This document shows positions 1 to 9,348 of a stretch of 64,000 nt of DNA, piece after piece. Positions within the stretch are counted from its first letter, which is position 1; each line of letters opens with the position of its first letter. The stretch is from Christensenellales bacterium. Lineage in GTDB: Bacteria > Bacillota > Clostridia > Christensenellales > SZUA-584. The translations under genes and the position numbers were made by a program. The notes below the pieces were generated by a model. It was given only the letters and a program-made list of their open reading frames with translations, was not told where the DNA came from and did not search any database. Where the stretch lies: contig JBMNOU010000003.1 in assembly GCA_050943215.1 (NCBI GenBank), positions 1,269 through 65,268 on the forward strand. The letters are read 5' to 3'.

Positions 1-80
1 GTGCCGCCGTTTTTTCCCGGGTCTACGGTATGGCTGTCCCCCGGTTTTAGCAGCATTATTGATCTTTTGATACTTTCCAT
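1..80 (-). CDS. N-terminal fragment of an unidentified protein that continues past the window edge (MESIKRSIMLLKPGDSHTVDPGKNGG...)
   Basis: ATG on the minus strand at 80-78, preceded by GGAGGAA (complement of 84-90). The frame stays open to position 1. Absent from the ORF track because it is truncated. Confidence 0.3.
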   Translation of the reverse strand, partial: MESIKRSIMLLKPGDSHTVDPGKNGG

Positions 81-193
81 TGTTTCCTCCGTGTAATGCG
101 GTCATCTTCGTAATATATATATTGGCAACACAAATAAAAAATGCCCCGAACGATAAATCGTGATTTGTTTCTGTTGAAACGAAAAAACAAAGC

Positions 194-221
194 TTGATTT
201 TTGAAAATGATATGTTATAAT
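194..221 (+). promoter_or_regulatory. Sigma-A type promoter for rpmE
   Basis: TTGATT (194-199), 16-nt spacer containing TGn, then TATAAT (216-221), about 60 nt upstream of rpmE. Confidence 0.5.
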
Positions 222-283
222 GTTTTTTGCGACTTTATAGCCCTGTTACTGAAATGGGTTTTTACGAATAGAGGTGAATGTTA

Positions 284-484
284 ATGAAAGAAGGAATCCA
301 TCCCGAGTATCACCAGTGTACGGTAAAGTGCGCCTGCGGCGAAACGTTCACCACTGGCTCGGTTAAAAAAGAGATGAAAGTTGAGATTTGCTCAAAGTGC
401 CATCCGTTCTTTACAGGCAAGCAGAAGCTTGTTGATACCGGCGGACGCGTAGACCGTTTTAATAAACGGTACGGTATAAAATAG
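284..484 (+). CDS. rpmE: 50S ribosomal protein L31
   Basis: [10 protein letters not shown]-terminus, CxC...CxxCHPFFTG zinc motif, about 66 aa. GAGGTG Shine-Dalgarno at 271-276 favours the ATG at 284 over 278. Confidence 0.95.
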   Translation: MKEGIHPEYHQCTVKCACGETFTTGSVKKEMKVEICSKCHPFFTGKQKLVDTGGRVDRFNKRYGIK

Positions 485-502
485 AACGTAATGGAATTAT
501 TT

Positions 503-526
503 CAGACCGGATTCTCGGTCTGTTTT
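503..526 (+). terminator. Intrinsic terminator after rpmE
   Basis: CAGACCG / CGGTCTG stem with a 6-nt loop, followed by TTTT. Confidence 0.7.
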
Positions 527-595
527 ACTTTATACTGATATTATATTATACTTATTATAGTTGTATACCCAGTAACGAGAGAGGCTGATATAAAG

Positions 596-1612
596 ATGAA
601 GAAATCAAATATAGGCGGGCAGGGGGTATTGGAAGGCGTGATGATGCGTGCGCCTTCTGTATGTGGTCTTGCTGTAAGAAGGACAACGGGGGAGATCGTT
701 TACGAAAAGGAATGTGTTACTTCCGCTACAAAAAAGAATAAATTCTATGGATTTCCGGTTGTCAGAGGCGTTGTCTCTTTTATCGATATGATGGCCTATG
801 GTGTCAAAACGATTACAAAATCTGCAAAGCTTTTCGATGATACGGCGCAGGATTATAAGCCTTCTAAATTTGAGTCGTTTATTGCAAAAAAAACGGGTAA
901 AGAAATCATGGATGTGGCTATAGTTTTTGCAGTTGTTTTATCTGTAGCGCTTGCTATCGGGATATTTTTTATCCTGCCTTCCATACTGGTTAACATACTA
1001 CGGCCTTATATTGCGTCTCCTATTATTATGAATCTGGTTGAGGGGGGCGTAAGGATGTTGATATTTTTTATATACGTGATGCTGATCACTTTTTTAAAAG
1101 AGATCAAGCGTGTGTTTATGTATCATGGCGCAGAACACAAGACGATTAATTGCTACGAGCATGAAGAAGAACTAACGGTAGAAAACGTGCAAAAATTCAA
1201 GACATTGCATCCGAGATGCGGTACAAGCTATTTGCTGCTGGTAATGGTTATTTCGATACTTTTATTTTCACTGCTTGGATGGAGTCCATCATGGTATGCG
1301 CGAATTGGCTTAAGGCTACTGATGCTGCCTGTTGTTGCCGGCGTTGCGTACGAATTCTTGAAGTTCGCGGCAAGAGGAGAGTCGATGTTTTTTCGGATAA
1401 TCCGCTGGCCCGGAATGATGCTGCAAAAGCTAACGACAGCGGAGCCGGAAGACAGCATGGTGGAAGTGGCGATCGTTGCGTTTGTCGCTGCCATGGATGA
1501 ACTGGATGAAGCTGCGCTTTGCGATTTGGCAAAGAGTTTTCTAAGGCCAACAACAAATAAAGACAATACAAAAGAAAACCAGAAAAGTGAGCCGCAGCAG
1601 GCGCAAGGATAG
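596..1612 (+). CDS. DUF1385-family membrane protein (YqhQ-like) commonly found upstream of prmC
   Basis: 338 aa with several hydrophobic helices and a YHGAEHK motif. The position directly upstream of prmC/prfA matches my recollection of this family. Confidence 0.75.
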   Translation: MKKSNIGGQGVLEGVMMRAPSVCGLAVRRTTGEIVYEKECVTSATKKNKFYGFPVVRGVVSFIDMMAYGVKTITKSAKLFDDTAQDYKPSKFESFIAKKTGKEIMDVAIVFAVVLSVALAIGIFFILPSILVNILRPYIASPIIMNLVEGGVRMLIFFIYVMLITFLKEIKRVFMYHGAEHKTINCYEHEEELTVENVQKFKTLHPRCGTSYLLLVMVISILLFSLLGWSPSWYARIGLRLLMLPVVAGVAYEFLKFAARGESMFFRIIRWPGMMLQKLTTAEPEDSMVEVAIVAFVAAMDELDEAALCDLAKSFLRPTTNKDNTKENQKSEPQQAQG

Positions 1613-1619
1613 GCGAATC

Positions 1620-2450
1620 ATGACGGCAAGAGAGGTTTTTTTATCGGTTAAAAGTATCTTAAAGCATTCGGGGATAGCCGAGCCGGAAGCCAACGCAAAG
1701 GTGATTGTGGCACATGCACTCGGCATTAGCTTCGCAGACCTCTATTCCAATAAAGTTGTACCCGAAAGGCCGCTAAAAACCATTGACAATATGGTCCGTC
1801 GGTGCATCAAGGGTGAGCCGGTTGAGTACATAACGGGTAAAGCCTATTTCAGATATATCACGCTTAATGTGTCGCCCGATGTATTGATACCCCGAAAAGA
1901 AACGGAACTTGTTGTGCAGCGGGCAATCGACCTGATTCAAAACAACGGTTACCATACTGCGGCAGATATCGGAACCGGAAGCGGGTGCATCGCGATATCG
2001 TTGGCGACGGAAACACAGGCTTTGATTTGCGCGGTAGATATCAGTGAAAAAGCGCTGAAAATTGCTCAGCATAACGCTGTGATCAATGGTGTGGACCAAA
2101 AAATAAGCTTTCTTTTAAGCGATATGTTTAAATGCTTAACGGATACATATGATATAATGGTATGTAATCCGCCATATGTTAGCGAAAGCGAATATATGGC
2201 GCTTGATGACGGTATCAGGCTATATGAACCAAAGCTCGCACTAGCAGCCGGAGACGGACTTTCGTTTTACCGCCGTATTGTAAAGGACGGTTTGCGGTAT
2301 ATTCGATCTGGCGGTTCACTCGTTTTGGAAATCGGCTGCTCACAAGCAGCGAGCGTAATGGAATTGCTCGGGCAATATGGGTTTTCAGGAATCGAGTGTC
2401 AGAAAGATTATCAGGGGCGTGACAGGATTATTAGTGGCCGAAAAGATTGA
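1620..2450 (+). CDS. prmC: Release-factor glutamine N5-methyltransferase
   Basis: SAM motif DIGTGSGCI and catalytic NPPY (VCNPPYV). Lies immediately upstream of prfA. The ATG at 1620 avoids overlap with the previous gene (the ORF track starts at 1587). Confidence 0.9.
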   Translation: MTAREVFLSVKSILKHSGIAEPEANAKVIVAHALGISFADLYSNKVVPERPLKTIDNMVRRCIKGEPVEYITGKAYFRYITLNVSPDVLIPRKETELVVQRAIDLIQNNGYHTAADIGTGSGCIAISLATETQALICAVDISEKALKIAQHNAVINGVDQKISFLLSDMFKCLTDTYDIMVCNPPYVSESEYMALDDGIRLYEPKLALAAGDGLSFYRRIVKDGLRYIRSGGSLVLEIGCSQAASVMELLGQYGFSGIECQKDYQGRDRIISGRKD

Positions 2451-2463
2451 CATGGAGTACAAT

Positions 2464-3528
2464 ATGTTTGAAAAATTGGAAGAAATAAAAAAGAAATATA
2501 CGGATCTTGAGGTTGAGCTGGCAAAGAATGAAGTTATCCATAACCAGGAGATTTATAAAAAACTCACAAAAGAACATTCTATGCTGGCAGAGATCGTTGC
2601 AAGATATGATGAGTATCTGGATAATAACCGGCAGATAAACGACCTTATGCCGATGATTGAAGATGATGATGCAGATATTGCTGCGATGGCGAGGGATGAG
2701 CTTTTTGCACTGCAGCAAAAGGAAAAATCACTTGTTGAAGACTTAAGGATATTGTTGCTTCCCAAAGATCCCAATGACGATAAAAACGTTGTTTTGGAGA
2801 TCCGCGCCGGAACAGGCGGGGACGAAGCCGCGCTGTTTGGGGGAAGTTTGTTGCGGATGTATACAAGGTATGCAGAACGTGCGGGGTTTGCTATGGAAAG
2901 GCTCGCCTCCAATATGACCGAACTTGGAGGCGTCAAGGAAATCACATTGCTGATTTCCGGAAAGGGAGCGTATTCGCGGTTGAAATATGAAAGCGGTGTA
3001 CATCGGGTACAGCGCGTACCTGAGACGGAGTCTTCGGGCAGGATACACACATCTGCGGCGACGGTTGCCGTTTTACCAGAGGCGGAGGATGTGGATATCG
3101 AAATCAATCAGAGTGATCTTAGGATAGACGTATACCGGTCTTCGGGAAACGGTGGACAAAGCGTTAACACGACCGATTCGGCCGTACGGCTTACACATGT
3201 GCCTAGCGGGCTTGTCGTTACGTGCCAAGATGAAAAGTCCCAGCTTAAAAACAAAGAAAAAGCGATGAAAGTTTTAAAAACACGGCTTTATGATATGGCA
3301 AAGCAGGCGCAGGAAAAGGAACTTTCTCAGAGCCGGAAAACACAGGTCGGCTCGGGGGATCGAAGCGAACGTATCCGGACATATAATTATCCTCAAGGAC
3401 GCGTGACTGACCACCGCATATCGCTGACATTATATAAGCTCGATCAGTTTCTGGATGGTGATATGGATGAGATGATTAACGCGCTTGTCATGGAAGAAAA
3501 GACAAAGGCCTTATCTGCTCAGCAATAA
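2464..3528 (+). CDS. prfA: Peptide chain release factor 1
   Basis: GGQ motif ([12 protein letters not shown]) and an RF1-type PxT tripeptide (PET). The N-terminus [12 protein letters not shown] aligns with typical RF1 starts. GGAG lies 6 nt upstream of the ATG at 2464; 2452 is an alternative start. Confidence 0.95.
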   Translation: MFEKLEEIKKKYTDLEVELAKNEVIHNQEIYKKLTKEHSMLAEIVARYDEYLDNNRQINDLMPMIEDDDADIAAMARDELFALQQKEKSLVEDLRILLLPKDPNDDKNVVLEIRAGTGGDEAALFGGSLLRMYTRYAERAGFAMERLASNMTELGGVKEITLLISGKGAYSRLKYESGVHRVQRVPETESSGRIHTSAATVAVLPEAEDVDIEINQSDLRIDVYRSSGNGGQSVNTTDSAVRLTHVPSGLVVTCQDEKSQLKNKEKAMKVLKTRLYDMAKQAQEKELSQSRKTQVGSGDRSERIRTYNYPQGRVTDHRISLTLYKLDQFLDGDMDEMINALVMEEKTKALSAQQ

Positions 3529-3553
3529 AAATAAGTTTTACTTGTTAGATAAT

Positions 3554-3581
3554 AAAAAAGGCTGCACCAGCAGCCTTTTTT
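3554..3581. terminator. Bidirectional intrinsic terminator between prfA and the convergent cell-wall protein gene
   Basis: AAAAAAGGCTGC-ACCA-GCAGCCTTTTTT: a perfect stem flanked by an A-run and a T-run. Confidence 0.8.
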
Positions 3582-3594
3582 ATGCATTAATATT

Positions 3595-4764
3595 CTATTG
3601 AGCGGCTTTATATGCTTTCATTACGCACGGTTGATGCCGTGGACATTCCTTGCTTGTTTCGTGCACTTTGGAGTGATAGAAGTGGATACAAAAGTGTCCG
3701 GGGAAATCGTTGCCTTTGATAACATCCACCATATGTGGCATGCCATGCTGAGAAGCTGCGTATGTTACGCCGTTAATCGTGACCCAGATCGGGCGTCTGT
3801 TCCATGTCCATCCGCCGCCGAAGATCTTTTTCATTGTGGCTGTATCTTTTGCCGTCAAGGGTTCGCAGTCCGCGTGATACCATCCGCCAAACCGGTATGC
3901 TGTATACTGCAATCCGGTTTTTACATCCGTAACAAGCGCATTTGTCCCCTTTTTCCATTTCCTGCCGATTTCGTCCCATGAGGATAACTGAACCTGCCCT
4001 TCAATGCCCGCCATTTTTGCGGCATTCGTCTTGATATCATTATCGCCGTATAAGAGCTCAAGCGTCGCTTCGCCGACAATGCCATCCTGGGATATCCTGG
4101 CCTCTTTTTGGAATGCTTGGATTGCTAACAGCGTAAGATCTCCGTAGTATCCGGTTATCGGTCCCGAAAAGAATCCCCGTGAACGTAGTTCCCGCTGCAT
4201 ATCGGCAATCGCGACACCTTCCATACCGGGCTTTAACAATGCGGACGTTGATTTCGTCGTACTCAATTTAATAAAATCTTTGTAAACGTACCCTTCATTG
4301 TTATTTGATTTGGCATAATACCAATCACCGATGATATCTGTTATTGTGACGCCCTCACCCACATCGAGATCGCAGACGATATCGCTGTATTCATTGGCAT
4401 AGAGCCTGACGTGCAGGCCGTCCTCGACTACGTGCCCGATTACAGTATCTATAGAAGAAAGAAAAATATACTCACTGCTGACATATCCTCTATAGTTGCC
4501 GAATATCACACGGTACCAGCCGGGCTGCTCTTCACAGTATACACCAATCCGTGCACCATTCTTCAGAACCGTTACGACAGGTGAATCGGTTGTTGGGCGA
4601 AGGCGCAAATTAACATCCTCGGCGATGACTGTAGCTTCTTCAAAATAGCTTTCGCTTGCATGAGCCGCAGTGATAGGGAATAACGTTACGATAATCACCG
4701 CGCATACAAAGACCAATAAAACCCTTTTCAATCTTTCGTACCTCTGAGTTTTCATATAAGTCAT
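3595..4764 (-). CDS. Secreted cell-wall protein with SH3-like repeats, a PG_binding_1 domain and an unassigned His/Cys-rich C-terminal domain
   Basis: N-terminal signal/TM segment. Two SH3b-like segments (VNLRLRPTTDSPV..., GLHVRLYANEYSD...). Peptidoglycan-binding repeat (LQRELRSRGFFSGPITGYYGDLTLLAIQAFQ). C-terminus reads HGMPH...HFCIHFYHSKVH. Confidence 0.7.
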   Translation of the reverse strand: MTYMKTQRYERLKRVLLVFVCAVIIVTLFPITAAHASESYFEEATVIAEDVNLRLRPTTDSPVVTVLKNGARIGVYCEEQPGWYRVIFGNYRGYVSSEYIFLSSIDTVIGHVVEDGLHVRLYANEYSDIVCDLDVGEGVTITDIIGDWYYAKSNNNEGYVYKDFIKLSTTKSTSALLKPGMEGVAIADMQRELRSRGFFSGPITGYYGDLTLLAIQAFQKEARISQDGIVGEATLELLYGDNDIKTNAAKMAGIEGQVQLSSWDEIGRKWKKGTNALVTDVKTGLQYTAYRFGGWYHADCEPLTAKDTATMKKIFGGGWTWNRRPIWVTINGVTYAASQHGMPHMVDVIKGNDFPGHFCIHFYHSKVHETSKECPRHQPCVMKAYKAAQ

Positions 4765-4927
4765 ATCGATATGTGTATGGTTATGTTAAAAAGCATAACA
4801 GAAATCTTTGATGAATTCAAACGCCTTTTAAGCGGATAATTGAAAGATAATCAGCGCAATCGAAAGGCAGGTTAAAATGTTACGCATATATTACAAATAC
4901 ATAATTAAATTGTAACAAAACAACCAT

Positions 4928-5539
4928 TTATGGTGATTTTATTGTTTTAATGGCTTCAATATATTGTTTTAAGTGAATGATATCCTGCATATACACCGAT
5001 TTTAACGATGGATTATAAATCACGCTGGCCGGATGATATAGCGGAAACAGTATAAACGTATGGGATAGCGCCGATGCGGCGGTGGGCACCGCATGATAAG
5101 TTCCGATCGTTGCTTTTCGGTTTTGAAGAATACATCTTAAAGGGACATTGCCCAGTGTGACAACAATTTCTGGGGACACGGCTTCGATTTCGCGCAGCAG
5201 ATGGGGAAGCATGCACGCAATTTCGCCGCTTGTGGGCGGACGGTTTGACACGGTACCCTTTGCACTAATTTTATACGGGCGAAACTTGACGACGTTTGTA
5301 ATATAGATATCTCTTCTTGCCTGACCCAGTTCATATAAAAAAACATCTAGGTTTTTACCAGCCTGGCCGACAAAGGGTTGGGACAGCCGCGTTTCTTCTG
5401 CGCCCGGCGCTTCACCTATAAGCATAATGCGCGCATTGGTGTTGCCTTCCCCGAAAACCATATCGTTCTCGGATTTCTGATAGGCTGTTGCAGCCTCAAG
5501 CATATTGCTGAAAATCGTTTTAAGGCTTAACTTTTTCAT
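4928..5539 (-). CDS. Uracil-DNA glycosylase superfamily protein, family-4-like but lacking the N-terminal Fe-S cysteines
   Basis: Motif A GEAPG, FVGQAGKNLD, motif B-like YHPASVIYN. No CxxC near the N-terminus. The start overlaps the stop of the upstream UDG gene (ATGA at 5539-5536). Confidence 0.7.
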   Translation of the reverse strand: MKKLSLKTIFSNMLEAATAYQKSENDMVFGEGNTNARIMLIGEAPGAEETRLSQPFVGQAGKNLDVFLYELGQARRDIYITNVVKFRPYKISAKGTVSNRPPTSGEIACMLPHLLREIEAVSPEIVVTLGNVPLRCILQNRKATIGTYHAVPTAASALSHTFILFPLYHPASVIYNPSLKSVYMQDIIHLKQYIEAIKTIKSP

Positions 5540-6099
5540 GGGCTGTATATCTCATCGTATTTTGCTTTTATTGCCAAAAGATCGGTATATGTATCCTTTT
5601 TCCACAGCTCGTTACGAAGAAGCGCGGCGGGATGGTATGTGGGAATGATATAAAAATCCTTAACCTTGTGCCATATACCCCTGTCTCTTGTAATTCTGAT
5701 TTCCTGACCGAGGATATAATTAGCAGAGACTCTGCCGAGGCAGACGAGAATTTTTGGTTTGATCATTGCAACCTGTGACCGAAGATATCCGATGCATGCC
5801 ATTGCCTCATGGGGCAATGGGTCTCTATTGCCCGGCGGTCTGCATTTAAGAATATTGGCAATATACACATCGCTTCTGCTAAATCCGATAGAAGAGAGCA
5901 TCTTATCCAAAAGCTGCCCGGCTTTGCCCACAAAAGGACGGCCAAGCTCATCCTCGTCGTGCCCCGGGCCTTCACCGATAAACATAATGCGGGCTCCCAG
6001 ATTGCCTTCGCCCAAAACGATGTTTTTCCGGGTTTCATGCAAAGCGCATTTTTGACAGTTTATAATGTCGTGATGTAGTTTTTGAAAGCTTGTATACAT
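5536..6099 (-). CDS. Uracil-DNA glycosylase, family 4 (Fe-S type)
   Basis: CQKC...GEGPG...FVGKAGQLLD...LKCRPPGNR...ACIGYL...YHPAALLRN. Four Cys are spaced as in family-4 UDGs. Confidence 0.85.
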   Translation of the reverse strand: MYTSFQKLHHDIINCQKCALHETRKNIVLGEGNLGARIMFIGEGPGHDEDELGRPFVGKAGQLLDKMLSSIGFSRSDVYIANILKCRPPGNRDPLPHEAMACIGYLRSQVAMIKPKILVCLGRVSANYILGQEIRITRDRGIWHKVKDFYIIPTYHPAALLRNELWKKDTYTDLLAIKAKYDEIYSP

Positions 6100-6217
6100 A
6101 TATTTATTATACCGTAATATCTGGCCGTTCTCAATAAAACAATTGACTTTTAATAACCGGTTAAATGTGAAAACCCAAATTTCATAATTCTTTCAAATTT
6201 TCAGGTATGATTTTTAT

Positions 6218-6255
6218 TGAATATCGTTTATAATAATGAATATCGTTCATAATAA
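6218..6255. repeat. Tandem direct repeat, 2 x 19 nt, in the cdaA upstream region
   Basis: TGAATATCGTTTATAATAA (6218-6236) is immediately followed by TGAATATCGTTCATAATAA (6237-6255), with one mismatch. Confidence 0.8.
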
Positions 6256-6315
6256 TGATTATACAAATATAATACATATATATCATTGTTATTGGTGGTT
6301 ATATAAAAGTAAAGG

Positions 6316-7161
6316 GTGCTTTTCGTTTTGGAACAAATCATTAATGCGATAATGAATAGCGTTGCGGATTTTAGCGTTATCGATATAATCGATATACTGC
6401 TTTTGTCAATCGTTATTTATTGGCTATTAAAGCTTACCTCCAGAACACGTGCGATGCAGGTATTAAAAGGACTTGGAGTTATACTGCTTGCGGCCTGGGT
6501 AACAGACTTTTTAGGCCTTGTGGGCACGACATGGCTATTAAACTACGTTCTGACCGCAGGCGCCTTGGTTATCGTCATTATTTTTCAGCCTGAAATTCGG
6601 CGCGCGCTGGCTAGGCTGGGACGGGGCAGGATAGATTTAAGCCCATCGCAGTCTACATATGCGCAGGAGAACGTGGATAGGATATTGCGGGCGGTTTTAA
6701 GCTTGTCCAAAAAACGCGTGGGCGCACTGATCGTCTTTGAAAGAAAAACGGGATTGAGAGATGTGATTGAAAGCGGGACACATATTGGTGCGGAAATATC
6801 ATCCGAATTACTTGAAAATTTGTTTTTTACCAATTCTCCTCTTCATGACGGTGCGGTCATCATAAGGGAGGATCGGATTGAAGCAGCAGGGTGTTTTCTT
6901 CCCCTTAGTGATAACAAGCAGATCGGGCAGGAGCTGGGTACGCGTCACAGGGCTGCGCTGGGTATATCTGAGGTTTCTGACAGCGTGACGCTAGTGATAT
7001 CCGAAGAGACGGGTGTGATATCTTTGGCACAGGATGGAGGCCTTATTCGTTATCTTGATTCAAAATCGATAAAAGACCTTTTAGAAGATTTATATATGAT
7101 AAAGCAATCTACAAAGTTCATGAGCCTTCGAATTAAGCGAAAGGGGCGTGAGACGGAGTGA
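6316..7161 (+). CDS. cdaA: Diadenylate cyclase CdaA
   Basis: Three N-terminal TM helices plus a DAC domain with PLHDGAVII and GTRHRAALG motifs. Followed by a YbbR-domain gene. GTG start at 6316; an in-frame TTG at 6328 is also possible. Confidence 0.92.
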   Translation: MLFVLEQIINAIMNSVADFSVIDIIDILLLSIVIYWLLKLTSRTRAMQVLKGLGVILLAAWVTDFLGLVGTTWLLNYVLTAGALVIVIIFQPEIRRALARLGRGRIDLSPSQSTYAQENVDRILRAVLSLSKKRVGALIVFERKTGLRDVIESGTHIGAEISSELLENLFFTNSPLHDGAVIIREDRIEAAGCFLPLSDNKQIGQELGTRHRAALGISEVSDSVTLVISEETGVISLAQDGGLIRYLDSKSIKDLLEDLYMIKQSTKFMSLRIKRKGRETE

Positions 7162-8414
7162 TAAAATATTTAAAAATATTTTGGAATATCCTTCGGAGCA
7201 ATTTTTTGCTGAAAATCATGGCGTTGCTTTTTGCGGTAATATTATGGAGTTATGTGCTGGCGGAAATCAATCCCCCGAGAGAACGTATTTTGCAAGATAT
7301 TCCGGTCAGATACCAGAATATGGAAGATCTCACCGCAAAGAATCTTGCAATATCCGGCAGCCTATCTGATATGCCCGAAAGCGTTGATATATTGGTTGAA
7401 GTGAATCAAAGCGATATTAAGTATTTAAGCGACGAGAATATCGAAGCGTATGTTGACCTCTCAATGATTAACAGTACTGGAGAGCGTACGCTGCGGATTA
7501 AAACGACACCCAGACGTGTCCAGGTTTTAAAAGTATACCCGTCTGAAGTTACGCTTTATACAGATGCTTACGTGACAAGGACCGTGCCTGTCAACATTGA
7601 TATTATCGGGAATGTTCCAAGCGGATACTATGCAAGTATCCCCGTGATTACACCGAATGTAATAGGCATTTCGGGAGCGAGGGTTGATGTGGAAAAGGTG
7701 GAGAGTGCGGTCTGTACAATCGATCTTAACGGGCTGACCCAAGGCTATAATAAAAGTATGGAGGTTACGCTTCTTGATAGTCGGGGCGAAATTATTGACG
7801 CTAGCCTCTTTTCGGGAAACCTTCAATCTGTTATTGTTAACCTTAGCGTGCTTCCTAAAAAGACAGTATCCGTTGATGCGGCGGGTGCTATTCTTGGCCA
7901 GGATAGCCTTGCGCCGGGTTATGAGATTACCGGTATTTCATGCAATCCCGCAAGGGTCAGCATCGTAGGTGAAAAGTCTGTACTTGATGGCATTACCGCA
8001 TTGCCGCTGGTTCCATACAGCGTCAGCAGCGCCAGCGGAGATATCGTAGTGCTTTTAGAGTATGCCCCACCAGAAGGCGTCACCGTACTTGACACAGACA
8101 AGGCCGAGGTATATATCAGCATACGCGAGAAGACCGATGTTAAAAAATACAGTAGCGTTGGTATCAGGCAGAAAAATCTATCGGCCAGGCAAGAAGCGGT
8201 TATTGATCAAAGCACTATTGATGTAACTGTTCTTTCAGGCATCTCAGAGGTTTCCAGACTAAGCAGAGCAGATATCGTTCCTTACGTTGATCTTGAAGGA
8301 TTGAAGCCCGGAGTATACAGTCTGGATGTGCTTTTTGAAATCCCGGACGGGTTTACCGCAGAGAATTTTTCTTCCACCCCGGCAACGGTAACCGTAACGG
8401 TTAAGAGAAAATAA
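7158..8414 (+). CDS. cdaR: CdaA regulatory protein CdaR (YbbR-domain protein)
   Basis: N-terminal TM segment followed by repeated YbbR-like beta-rich segments. 4-nt overlap with cdaA. Confidence 0.82.
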   Translation: MIKYLKIFWNILRSNFLLKIMALLFAVILWSYVLAEINPPRERILQDIPVRYQNMEDLTAKNLAISGSLSDMPESVDILVEVNQSDIKYLSDENIEAYVDLSMINSTGERTLRIKTTPRRVQVLKVYPSEVTLYTDAYVTRTVPVNIDIIGNVPSGYYASIPVITPNVIGISGARVDVEKVESAVCTIDLNGLTQGYNKSMEVTLLDSRGEIIDASLFSGNLQSVIVNLSVLPKKTVSVDAAGAILGQDSLAPGYEITGISCNPARVSIVGEKSVLDGITALPLVPYSVSSASGDIVVLLEYAPPEGVTVLDTDKAEVYISIREKTDVKKYSSVGIRQKNLSARQEAVIDQSTIDVTVLSGISEVSRLSRADIVPYVDLEGLKPGVYSLDVLFEIPDGFTAENFSSTPATVTVTVKRK

Positions 8415-8595
8415 TTTATAGGTATAACGTCATCCAAAGGAGTTTATTGCTGTTTGGTGTAAGTAATAAAAAAGGGGCCGGTATAACCTGCTCCTTTTTT
8501 AGAGCAAAATAACACCAGGAGAACCGGCTTTACGGTATCTCTGTTTCGAACGATGGGGTCAAATACGCAGCGGCGCTGTGGCCCAAGGAGAATCA

Positions 8596-9267
8596 ATGAA
8601 AAAAATTACTGTACTTTATGGAAATTACGGCAGCGGCAAAACGGAATTAGCACTGAATATTGCGCTTCAGCTGCGCCGTATGCATACCGACGTGTCGCTT
8701 ATCGATTTTGATATTGTCAACCCATATTTCCGGTCTTCCGAGCATAAGGATATGCTTGAACGCCAAGGTATTCGTGTTATCGCGCCCGTTTACGCTAATA
8801 CGATGGTTGACCTCCCGGCAATTCCACCCGACGTATTTTCGGCATTTAAGGGCGGATATGCTGTTTTCGATTGTGGTGGGGACCCGGTTGGTGCGGCGGC
8901 GCTCGGCGGGCTTAAGCAGCACTTCGACGGTATGCGCGAGAAGACAGAAGCGCTTTATGTTATAAATACGAAGCGTCCGTTTCAGGATAGCGCAGCGCGG
9001 ATTTTGCAAAGTCTAGAGCTGATACAAAACAACGCCAGACTTTTGGCGGACGGATTTATTTTCAATGCCAATCTCGGCAAAGAAACAACTGGGGAAGAGC
9101 TTGGCGAGGGGTATAAAATAATAAAATCGCTGGTACAGCTCACTGGCGTGCCACTTTCTTATGTCAGCGGAACAAAAGAATCTCTTAATGTTTTTAAAAG
9201 ATACTGCCCCGAATATAACGGCTGCATGATTGAGATCAATATTTTCATGCGACCCGAGTGGATGTAA
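8596..9267 (+). CDS. Stand-alone P-loop NTPase (MinD/ParA/CooC-like SIMIBI fold), function unknown
   Basis: Walker A GNYGSGKT near the N-terminus and a Walker B-like AVFDCGGD. AAGGAG Shine-Dalgarno at 8585-8590 favours the ATG at 8596. Confidence 0.6.
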   Translation: MKKITVLYGNYGSGKTELALNIALQLRRMHTDVSLIDFDIVNPYFRSSEHKDMLERQGIRVIAPVYANTMVDLPAIPPDVFSAFKGGYAVFDCGGDPVGAAALGGLKQHFDGMREKTEALYVINTKRPFQDSAARILQSLELIQNNARLLADGFIFNANLGKETTGEELGEGYKIIKSLVQLTGVPLSYVSGTKESLNVFKRYCPEYNGCMIEINIFMRPEWM

Positions 9268-9348
9268 TGCTTGAATTATTGTACTTAAGTATTATAATGG
9301 ACATAATGCAGTTTGTATTGGAATTGAATCTAGAAAAGAGGAAGACAG

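Noticed and set aside
1216-1726. Cluster of overlapping ORFs (1216..1500 +, 1228..1566 -, 1248..1571 -, 1541..1726 -) at the DUF1385/prmC boundary.
   Set aside because: All are embedded in the two well-supported plus-strand genes, and none has independent motif or SD support.
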